Shown here piece by piece: positions 26,681-37,800 of a stretch of DNA of 64,000 nt (positions within the stretch are counted from its first letter, which is position 1; the number at the start of each line of letters is the position of its first letter). The notes below the pieces were generated by a model, which worked only from the letters and a program-made list of their open reading frames with translations, had not been told where the DNA came from and did not search any database. The position numbers were made by a program, and so were the translations under genes. The stretch lies in assembly GCF_023055435.1 (NCBI RefSeq), contig NW_025964334.1, forward strand, positions 3,410,001 through 3,474,000, read 5' to 3'. Source of the DNA: Haliotis rufescens. Taxonomy: Eukaryota.

Positions 26681-28208
26681 TACTGAGTCAAATTAAAAAC
26701 TTCACATTTTTAAAAGTAATCCCATATATGATATACAACGGACAACTGTATCAGAGAAGGTAATTTTAATCATTAATGTCCAAAGAAGGATTTTAATTAA
26801 CGGTGGTAAACATAATTTGTTCCAAGCACCTACGGTATTCGGTAATAACATCAACAGTTTAAATCATAAGTCCCAAGCACGAGAATCTGATGGCACACAA
26901 GTTCAGTAGCGTTTATGGCCACCATGTGCGTTGACAACTGCCACACAACGCCTCCGCATGGACCTTGTGATGCTTGTGAACACATGATTGGAAAGACGAC
27001 GCCATTGTTGCTGCAAAATGGTGCCAAGATCTTGCAAATTCTGTGGTTGGTTCTGGAGAGTGCGCAGACTTCTGCCAAGAGCATCCCAGACGTGTTCGAT
27101 GGGATTGAGGTCGGGAGACCTTGACGGCCAGTCCATGACGTTGACTCCCGCATTCTGAAGGAAATTCCTTGTCAAAATTGCTGTGTGGGGTCTGGCATTG
27201 TCGTGTTGGAAGATCAAACCGGGTCCATGTGCTGCCATAAATGGCAGAAGTTCTGGTGCCAGTACCTGGTCGCGGTAAGCAGCAGCGTTGAGGTTGCCAC
27301 TGATGACAAGAAGCCTGGAACGTGCATTGCCACAGAAAGCACACCACACCATGACACTTCCGCCCTCGAAATCTGTCAACTTCCTGTACACAACACTGGG
27401 CGTAACGTTCATGACGGCGCCTCCACACCCTCGCCCTACCATCAGCAAATCGTAGATTAAATCGGGATTCATCACTGAAGACGACTTGATTCCAATTCCT
27501 CTGAGTCCATCGTAAGTGTCGCTGTGCCCACAATTGACGTTGACGTCTGTGTAATTGAGTCAGAATAGGCCCGCAGTATGGCCGTCGTGCTTGAAGGTGA
27601 GCAGTTCTCAGACGGTTTCGAACAGTTTGCGCACTCAGTCTACCCCTAAACAGTTCAGTTCTGGTTGATGAAGCCGTCAAATTACGGAGGTGACGTAAGA
27701 CAATCTGACGATCCTCTGCATGTGACGTCACACGTGGTCGACCTGGCCGAGGGCGATCAGCGGTGGTACCCGTTTGCTGTAGACGCGTCTGTAAATCATA
27801 AACAGTCCGTCGACTACAACCCATCGTCCTTGCGACTTCAGCTACGGACGTTCCCGTCTGCAACATGCCGATGGCACGTTCACGTTGCACATTTGAAAGG
27901 CGTGGCATGACAAATGGCCGTAAAGACTTTTGTTTTCTTGTGTTTTTCTTTTTTTGTTAATGACTGCTAACAAGTATGGCTGAAAACACTTGCGGTATTA
28001 TGGCCACGTGACCAGTTGCACGTGAAAAACCACTTTTGCCACTATAGTGCTGTGCGCATGATTTTGATCGATTCACCTGCACAAAAACGGGTGTTATCTG
28101 AAAACAATGCGTGGCCATTACTTTTTAAATACACAATAAGGGCCCACAATGATAACTGGTCAAAATGTTAAAACATTAGGATTGTGAAGTTTTTAATTTG
28201 GTCCAGTA
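26681..28208 (-). mobile_element. Near full-length Tc1 (DD34E) DNA transposon, frameshifted transposase (27908..26903)
   Basis: TIRs TACTG...CAAATTAAAAACTTCACA at both ends, TA TSDs; HTH MPRLS..., VFSDESRF, FQHDNARPH, WPSRSPDLNPIE (34 residues between D and E); frameshift near 27367. Confidence 0.95.
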
Positions 28209-28211
28209 TAC

Positions 28212-28600
28212 CATAAGGGAACATCACGATTCAAGAATCATAAGGGAACGTAGCTTATATATCACGGTACAAATATCCCTTGGGAACATCACGGTACGTA
28301 TATCTTTTGGGAACATCACGTTACGTATGTCCATTGGGAACATCATGGTACACATATCGCTCGGGAACATCACGTCACCTGTAACTCTTGGGAACATCAC
28401 GGTACATATATCAATTAGGAACATCACGGTACTTACCTGCCTTGGGAATATCACGTCATGTATATCCCTTGGGAACATCACGTCACCTATATCACTTTGG
28501 AACATCATGGTGCATACATCACTGGGGAACATCACGTTACGTATATTCCTTGGGAACATCACGTCACGTATATCACTTGGGAACATCACGTCACCTATAT
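28212..28600. repeat. About 30-bp minisatellite
   Basis: TTGGGAACATCACG... unit. Confidence 0.85.
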
Positions 28601-29540
28601 CAAAGCATTCGTCACCACTCGCCCCTTTCCGTCACCTGCAAGAAGTCTCGTCCCCCTATCGATGAATGTTATGTGCGAAAATACGACAAACCAATCAGAA
28701 TGCGCGTATGATTTCAAGTTCTTCGTCAAAGAATCCCTCAGGAATAATTTTTGAATTCACATATGTCTTGCATCTAAAAATATACCAAAGACACAGTTAA
28801 ATGTGTTCAATCATACTGTATAATTCCGCACGTCCCGATGTGCTTTAAATTGCATCTGAAATATATATAATATATGGGGAAAATGTGTGAACCATTACGC
28901 AACGAGTTGACAATTGTTTTAGGTATGCCCGTTTGCGCTAAGACGGAACCCGGTCGCAAAAATGGCCACGAGAGGGGCACGAGTCGCTATTTGGCTTGTC
29001 CCGGAATAACACGCGTTGGTCACGAATGATATCAAATATGTTGTCATTCATTGAAATGAACACCATTTGAACACAACTACCTTACTACCGTTTTCTCCAG
29101 TCTTACGAACACATCAGACTAACATCTTGTCTCTGAAATGAAAGTATTTTACAGAACAAACCACTTGTTAACTTAACTAAATAAAATGTAATAAAAGAAG
29201 CCTAGAGACTTTTCATTTTCAGAAACTGCAATAATCTAGACTTGTGGACAGGTCTGTTTGAGCAAACGCAGCAGAGAAACAGTGCTAAAAAATGCACCCA
29301 AACGATCTTTGAAATGAACATGAAAATATTGGTTTCACGTCACGATGAACGTTACACGTAATTCAACTGTGGTTTGGAGTTAGTTGTGTTCTGTAGTTGT
29401 CAGGTGGCAGCACGTGCTGGTGTTTCGTCCCAATACAGGAATTTAGAAACGTTGTGTTAAAACAACTCAATTAATTAGAAATATATGTTCACATATAAAA
29501 GTGGACTGATATAAGTGGACTTATATAGTTCCCTGAGATA

Positions 29541-30213
29541 TACTCTGCATAAAAAGAAACGCAAAAGTAGAAAAGTAGCGTGTTGCCGACATCCATACAA
29601 ATTTAATACCAAATATGAATTGGTCATTTCTGCATGGATTGGGATCGATTTGTGCGGAAAGAATGAGGTACTGCAGAAATTTGGAGCAAAGATGGTAAAC
29701 ACGCAAAAACATAACCACGTGAGAGCCTGGCGCCGACACACACCAACACAACATGCACGTGCAACATCACTTGTTGGGCTATGAGAAGCGTTCGGTTTTC
29801 ATTTGCTTCCCATCACAATCTTACAGCAAGTGGAAAGCCAAAACATGCCCTGACAGACGGAAGCCCAACTCAACAACGCCTTCGGCCGACTGTAAACAGG
29901 AGAGTCATCTTCAGTTGTAGCCAAGTTCTTCCACGTCGCACCAAGCACCATTACAACACTGCGGAACCGTTATCAGACACACAGGACAACACGTGACCTT
30001 CCCAGATCCGGTTGATCACGTGTCACTACTAGAGCACAGGACAGATTCATACGGTTACGCCCTTTTCGTGAAAGAACCACCACGGCCACCTCTACAACTA
30101 CGACAATACCAGGATTGCGTAGGGTATCAGCCCACACAGTGACGGCCGATGGCGCTGTTGCGTCTGTCAGATTTACGATTTTACGACTTTTGCGTTTCTT
30201 TTTTGCATATGTG
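29541..30213 (+). mobile_element. Internally deleted, decayed Tc1 (HTH region only)
   Basis: TIR TACTCTGCATAAAAAGAAACGCAAAAGT with inverted copy at about 30180-30212; stop-interrupted MP..TEAQ..NA.GRL..G...DLPRSG..RVTT..QDRFIRL. Confidence 0.8.
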
Positions 30214-30379
30214 ATTGTGTTATCTTTCATCTGTATGGTTTATGTGTTTGTTATTTACTTGGTGTTGGCAAATTGACTACTGAAACCACTATGGATCTGG
30301 GAAATTCGAAGGTATGAACTATCATTACTATCCAAAAACGTTCATTATTATCTTACAAGAATAATCACAATCCTGAAAG

Positions 30380-31235
30380 TCAGCAGCGAGTGTAACCGCC
30401 CTGTGCCCTGATGACAGATTCTACCCTTCTCCTCATTCCTCCAGTGGGGGCGGTCGGGTAGCTTAGTGGTTAAAGCGTTCGCTCGTCCTGCCAAAGACCC
30501 GGGTTCGAATCCCGACATGGGTACAATGTGTGAAGCCCATTTCTGGTGTCCCTAACCGTGATATTGCTGGAATATTGCTAAAAGCTACGTAAAACCATAC
30601 TCACTCACTCACTTATTCCTCCTGTGAGTCTTCTGGCACGATCAAGAGATAACTGCTGCCACTCCCGATGCAATGCAGCCTCTAACACTGTCACATCCTG
30701 AAGTGGTAGATCCATTACCTGCAGCCGACGTCCACGAATGTCCAAAACATGCTCCAATGGATTCAAACATGGTCTCATAGCAGGCCAAGGCAAAGTTCAG
30801 AAACGTGTCCTTGCAGAAATGCACTCAGAGCACGAGAACGATGGGGTCTAGCGTTGTCGTCCATAAACACAGGTCAAGTGGCAAGTGCATGATTGTCAAA
30901 ATGTGGCACAACAACAGCATTGAGGATGTCTTGGATGAAGCAATCGCCGTTGAGATTGCCTCGTACTGTAACCATGTCCAGTTTACAAGCATGAGATATT
31001 GCTCCTTACACCACGACGGAGCATCCACCATACGGGATTGTCGGAACAATGTTTCCAGGGATGTACGCAGTGTTTCTCTGTCTCCAAGCCCGCATTATGT
31101 GACGTGCAAATCTCTTTTCGTCAGACCAGTGGATCCTTCGCCTCGGATTCCAATCTGGTGTACAGATGTCTGATGCGAAGCCATTGTTCTTTCGAAGAAA
31201 AGGGTTGTCGCCTCACAAGACATGCTAGAGTCCTG
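30380..31235 (-). mobile_element. Decayed Tc1 DDE fragment split by a SINE
   Basis: HWSDEKRF and PWPAMRPCLNPLEHV; GGMRRRVESVIRAQGGYTR* continues on the far side of the SINE. Confidence 0.8.
30447..30614 (+). mobile_element. SINE family A inserted in Tc1
   Basis: TSD ATTCCTCC(A/T)GTG at 30435-30446 and 30615-30626. Confidence 0.92.
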
Positions 31236-31763
31236 TACTCCCGACATTCATTCTATGAATGAGTATCATGAAACTTGATGTCTTATAAACGTGTACATCA
31301 CTGTTTGATTTGTCAGGGAGTGCTCAATTAATTTCTAGGTGTATATTTTTGCAGTTAGTACATTATTTTAAAATATTATTTGATGGATAGCAATCTCTAC
31401 AAACTGATCAGTAAATTGCACTAATATACGATAGACCACCTACTAATCTAATTAGCGTTAATTTACTAACTAGTTAGTAAAGTCTACTAACAGGTTAGTG
31501 TCAGAGTTGGCAGTGAAATTCACTAAGTTAGTAAACTTCACTGACTATTTGTGAGTGCATGTAGACATCAAAGACTGAAACCGCTGGAATATTTCACGAC
31601 ATATTTAGCGACAGCTGACTAAGGAACACAACTCTGCAGAGTTGCAAAGGACCAAAAATAAGTTCGTTATATCCGTCAGTTCGTTATGAGCATGTTCGTT
31701 ATAAACGTAGTTTCCTGTAAGTATAAAGAACGTCAATTGTTCATTGTCCTCACAATACACCAG

Positions 31764-31818
31764 GACGATGACGTCACGCTGTTGTTGTTGTTGTTACATC
31801 TGAGCCACGAAGTCATTG
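31764..31818 (+). CDS. Candidate signal-peptide exon of the hexosaminidase-like gene (DDDVTLLLLLLHLSHEVI-A)
   Basis: Preceded by ccag. Encodes a Leu6 core and ends in a phase-1 donor G|gtaatt, which joins exon 34541 (CT) to give ...EVIA|QKRQR. The ATG at 31768 is one base out of frame. Confidence 0.5.
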
Positions 31819-32404
31819 GTAATTTGAAAACTTTGTATTTAGCCATGGCTCACTAAATACGTTTTTTCTTAATACAGGATATTTACCATCCCAAAACACA
31901 CTCGGGTGATTAATTCCACATATTTGTAAATGTCAACATATAGGATCTCATTCGACATGTTTACATGGTAGACCAACGCAGTTGCGTCGTATCCGCGAAG
32001 AGAGGATAGGATAAACATCCTGGTCGATCACTCAGGGTGAGAATACCTCACGTCTAGCAGTCATGCATAAGTCAAGGTGGCCCAGTCGCTGTGCGTCACG
32101 TATTAACATGTTGCAACACTTCACTTTACCCGTGAAAATCCGGGTTAGAATTGGTCTTCAGCAACCCATGTTTGCCGTCATCTTCCCGAGGCAAGGGCGT
32201 TAACTGACTATAAAAGTCCAGTAACAACCCTTGCCGTACTAGGCTGGATATTTCAGGCTCGATCGTAGGGCCACCAGTGGCTATTATGTCCCTTCTATGT
32301 ACCTCGTATTGACTAATCAGATTCCATCTCTCATAGCACTTGCATTTGCTTCAATCGAAATGGCGGCGCCAAGTCAAGACGATCTGATCGATAATCAATA
32401 TCTA

Positions 32405-33491
32405 TACTGAACCGCAAAAGAAACGTCACCATGGATAGACATATGATAAACTTTATTTGTCCCAACACTGTAAACATACTTTGAGACATATTAAAAAGAT
32501 GAAACTTGGCAAAACTGATCATCAAGGTTGAAATTAAAGTGTCAAATGTTCTGAAAGTGAAACACAACACTAGTCTCTGAGAAAATGGCATCACAAGTCA
32601 GTATCCCGTGTGTCCGCCATGTGCATTGGTGACTGTCGTACAACGTCGATACATGGAAAGGCTGAGGCGGTTGATGAAAGCAATAGGCCCTTGAGCCCAT
32701 ACTCTGAGGAACGCCTGACGCAGTATAGCTGCAGTTGTCGGCCTTGGTCGGAGGTCATTCAGCCGTCTTTGAATCTCGTCCCACAGGTGCTCAATTGGAT
32801 TTAAATCGGGACTGAGGGCAGGCCACTGCATGGTTCTGATGCCATTCTGCTGGGGGAAGTCTCTTGTTGCTCGCACAGTGTAGGCACGGGCGTTATCATG
32901 CTGAAACTCGTGGTTGCGGCGACGTGCGATCGAGCTCGAGTTGTTTCCGCAGCAGTTACAAAGCGATCTTAAAGATGCTGTCGCACAATCTAACGATCCT
33001 GACGTCGGGTGCTGTCCCTTGGTCTTCCACTACGTGGTCGGTCATCTGTAGTGTTGGTGGTCTGGTACCGTTGCTGGAGCCTGTGTATGGTCCTTACGTG
33101 GACTTGAAATACATTGCCTACTTGCCGGGCGCTTTGTCCAGCTTGCAATCGTCCAAGGGCTTGGTGTCGCTGATTTCTTGTCAATCTTGGCATGTGGTAG
33201 CAATTCAATAAGGAATGAATGTTATCCGATCTGGGTGGAATTTTATAGGGCAAGAAATGGGGGAACGCATGTGCATTTCAACTCACGTGCATCGGGTTAC
33301 CAGGGCCGTTGATGTGATGCGTTTTGGCCATCGGTTTTATTGTCATCTGCTTTGTTTTTTTTATCATCAAGTTTCATTTTCAGGACAAGGTAATGTTAAA
33401 TTTTAGAAACTTTGACAAAAATTACCCAGATATTTAAATGACACCTTTTCATGCAATGTTACTTGGGTGACGTGTCTTTTGCGGTTCAGTA
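32405..33491 (-). mobile_element. Internally deleted Tc1 element
   Basis: 26-bp TIRs TACTGAACCGCAAAAGA.ACGTCACC, TA flanks; HTH part (MPRLTRNQRHQALGRL) fused to the FQHDNAR...WPALSPDLNPIEH part. Confidence 0.9.
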
Positions 33492-34540
33492 TATATTGAA
33501 ATAAAACGGGTCTTACCCAGCGAAGCGCTTCAAATCTTTTGAGTATCTTGATTAAAAAGATAAACAATTTGCAAAATATCTGTCGACGCCCAGTTGGCGG
33601 TACACATGCTTTGCAAATCCTACAGTCGACCGAAATCTGTTGTTTTCTTAGCTGTAGGTTTTATTTATTATTCATGACATCCATAGTCCTTGTTTGAGAG
33701 GAACAAAATTGTAACTTAGCGATTTTAAAAAGGGAAATTGACCATATAGGTGTGTATCATCGACGTTGTTTACGAACCGGAAGTCTAGTTCGCGATTTTG
33801 ATTGGACTATGTGCATACACTCGTTAGTCCAGCCAAAATGTAACTCCATAATTGCTGTCTTGTTCGGCATGGGTGGAAACTGGACTTTTAAAGTCAGTAA
33901 ACTCCTTTGCCTCGGGAAGATGGCTTGCCGTAAAAGGCAACTATGCTTGTCGTAAGAGGCGACTAACGGGATCGGGTGGGCAGGTTCGCTAACGTGGTTG
34001 ATGCATGTCATCGTATCCCAGTTACGCAGATCGATGCTCATGATGTCAATGCTTGTCTGGTCCAGACTCGATTATTTACAGACCGCGGTCATATAGCTGT
34101 AATATTGCTGAGTGCGGCGTTAAACAACAAACAAATAAACAAACAAACAAATCACCTCATTCAAAATATTTTAGCCATCCATCCCTTTACCATCCTTTGT
34201 CTAACAACGTACTATCCTTGCTCCTGACCTGGCCCACTTGCACAAAACGATCTTAGCGCTACGACTATTGTAAGCCCAAGTTAAAATTTGGCTGTCACAA
34301 TCATCTTGACGCTAAGATCGCTTTGTGCAAGTGGGTCCAGTGGCATTAGTCATCTACATATTCTTACTCAGCTTAGCAGGTCGGGTTTCTTCTTGTCACC
34401 CGGGTTGTTTTCAAATCCAATTCCGTAATATTCCGATTATGGCCCTTGGTGGACCTTCGTACACTGGGACTCCAATGAGTCCCCGTGACGCTTCGTAGAG
34501 ACTCACTGTTGAGACCCGACTCTCAATATTCACTTTGCAG

Positions 34541-34819
34541 CTCAGAAGCGCCAAAGAGAAAGGCTCTACAGAGGGTCCAGAAGGCCGAACAATCATATTT
34601 ACCGAGCTTCTGGTAAAGGTCGTGGAGGAAAGGTCAGGGGTGATATGCTGCAGAACTTGCTGCCGTATGAGGCCGTGGAGAACGTTCCGGTGAAGGAAAG
34701 GATGGACGTGTCCTTGTGGCAAACCAGAGGGCAGGCGAAACCAAACCGACGTCGCCCAAAGAGATGGATCAAAGGTCAATTTCATCTGCAAATGCAAACA
34801 GGTCCCACAGAAACGGATC
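34541..34819 (+). CDS. Hex-like exon: Arg-rich N-terminal extension or propeptide
   Basis: tttgcag acceptor, open frame, C|gtgagt phase-1 donor matching the next exon (C+AT = His). Confidence 0.7.
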
Positions 34820-37800
34820 GTGAGTTTTCAAACGGTAGGATACGGAGGACTATGTATGCAAGAGTTGGAGGTGACAGGCTGGCGGGGGTGGGGGGTTGCA
34901 AAACTATGTAACTGGAGGTCAAAACAGCTAGCTACTGTTAGATGAGACCCGATGCAAAAGCCGGGGTCCGACCTTACGTTTCTTCTGATTATATTGGGGG
35001 AAAAATCTACTCCATTTAATCTTGTAAATAATAATTAGTTCCCAAAAGGTACAAAAAGGTTACTGAACATACTTAAATTTCTGTTTGTGTTTTGAGTTTT
35101 CAACATTTCTTTTACTTCCCCATTCAGACAAAAAGATCGCATGCCTCGGAACGCTGACTGAAAAAATATTCTTTCTCAAATAATAATCCAAACATATCGC
35201 TCCCTTGTGGTCCAGGGTCGTACTGCCCCTCTATTTTGTTGCTTTCTCTGTGTGGATGGACTCCCTCGGACTAACGTTTATTCTGATGGATATGTAATAA
35301 GGGATATGTTGTCATAATATAACAATGTTGTCATAACTACCGCATCTATCTATGTAGAGTTGTGCCCCCTTACATGCCATGATCTGGTGATAGTGGGTTC
35401 GAATCTCAGATATGCCCGAATCATAGTCTTTGGTCAGCGCCGTACTTGTGATCGTGGGTTTTGGCCAAATGTTAAACATGTAAAACCTGCGTCACTTTGA
35501 GCACCCATTCAACATTACGCTGATACGCTGTGGGTATAACTGAAATATCGTTCAAAGTGGCATTTCAAAAGAGTTATGTTAAAGTATAGTTTGACAACGC
35601 AAACAGGCAATTTTCATCGGTAGAGAGTGAGCGGCAACCTCGCCACTCGTGTAGAACTTTCATAGGGCAATCTCGTCAGTTCCGTATATGAATGTTGAAT
35701 TTAATTTGCTATTGTAATATATTTTTTTAACAGATTATCGAAGTAAAACACACGAGTCCTACCTGACAGAGGCAAGACTTGGAAGACACGGTCTACCCTG
35801 GCCATTACCACGTCACTTCCGGTCGGACTCCAACATGGTTTATCAGCTGGATACTAACTTCCGGTTTGTTATTGGCCCGCTGTCTCGGTCGTGTGTCACG
35901 CTAACCAGGGCCCTGAGACGCTACTACGTCATCATTACGGGTCGACTACCCCGAAGACAATCAGTTGTCGTCAGAGATGAGGAAGAGTTCGAATCCCCGG
36001 TGGCACATGGCAACCCTGCTACTCTTCGCCACGTGGATGTATCAGTGCTGTACTCGTGTAGTGATGCGCATCCAGAACCCACAGCGAATGAAACATGTAC
36101 GTAAAGGCAATGACGTCACCACAGTACAGTCAAACGACTTAATGGGCCCGTGAAGATCCGGGGTAGAATAGGTCTTCAGCAACCCATGCTTGCCGTAAGA
36201 GGCTACTATGACTGTCGCAAGAGGCGACTAACGGGATCGGGTGGTCAGGCTCGCTGACTTGGTTGATGCATGTCATCGATCCCAATTGTGTTGATCGATG
36301 CTCATGGTGTCAATCACTGGATTGTCTGGTCCAGACTCGATTTTTTACAGACCGCCGTCATATAGCTGGAACATTGCGGCGTTAAACAACAAACAAACAA
36401 ACGACTTAATGGGGTGGGCAATTGTCTGTGCCTGCGGAGTTCTCTCTACAGTTGAATATCCTTAATCCGTATTATCCCTAATTATGAATTTTGGTCTGTC
36501 GGCTCCATTTCGTGCTCGTGGGTTTCTCGAAAGTATCAAAAGTCATGTTTAAAAGTATTTTTCATCTTTCTTTTTGCAAAGAGTGACAATTCAATAAAAT
36601 AGCTTGCCCTAAGACTGTGGGTGTGCATTCTTTGTGGACGTCCCAGTCACTGTACTTGTATAGTCACAGAGTCACAGAATTCTTTAATTAAATGCCAATA
36701 TAAAAAAAATTCATGTATTCAGATTGAAACGATTACATATTTTACTTTCCAAAGCTGTTATACCTGTTATATGTAAAGATATTTTGTCACATTTCAGACG
36801 CGTTACAGATTAACAACAACACAGCGTCCATCATTGCCGGTGAGGTCTGGGGAGCTTTGAGGGGCCTGGAGACCCTGTCTCAGCTGGTATATGTGTCAGA
36901 ACACAGGCAGGTACATACAACAGCTCATAGTGAGCAGGTACATACTACAGCTCATAGTGTGCAGGTACATACTACAGCTCATAGTGTGCAGGTACATACT
37001 ACAGCTCATGGTGTGCAGGTACATACTACAGCTCATAGTGAGCAGGTGCACACAACAGCTCATACTGTGCAGGTACATACTACAGCTCATAGTGTGCAGG
37101 TACACACAACAGCTCATAGTGTGCAGGTACATACTACAGCTCATAGTGAGTATGTACATACTACAGCTCATAGTGTGCAGGTACACACAACAGCTCATAG
37201 TGAGCAGGTACATACAACAGCTCATAGTGAGTATGTACATACTACAGCTCATAGTGTGCAGGTACACACAACAGCTCACAGTGAGCAGGTACACACAACA
37301 GCTCATAGTGAGCAGGTACATACAACAGCTCATAGTGAGCAGGTACACACAACAGCTCATAGTGAGCAGGTACATACAACAGCTCATAGTGAGCAGGTAC
37401 ACACAACAGCTCATAGTGAACAGGTACATACAACAGCTCATAGTGAGCAGGTACACACAACAGCTCATAGTGAGCAGGTACACACAACAGCTCATAGTGA
37501 GCAGGTACACACAACAGCTCATAGTGAGCAGGGACATACAACAGCTCATAGTGAGCAGGGACATACAACAGCTCATAGTGAGCAGGTACACACAACAGCT
37601 CATAGTGAGCAGGGACAAACAACAGCCCACCAGACTGAGTACACAAGAAGACCACCCGCAAGAGGATCGCAATCTGCGTACGTTACATCTGCGGAACCGA
37701 TTCCCGACGGCGACGTCATCGGCGTTGAGTGTACGTCGCATCAGCAGAGCCGCAGTGTCAGACGATTACCTGCTACAAGAAGTCGGGCCTTCAGACCTGA

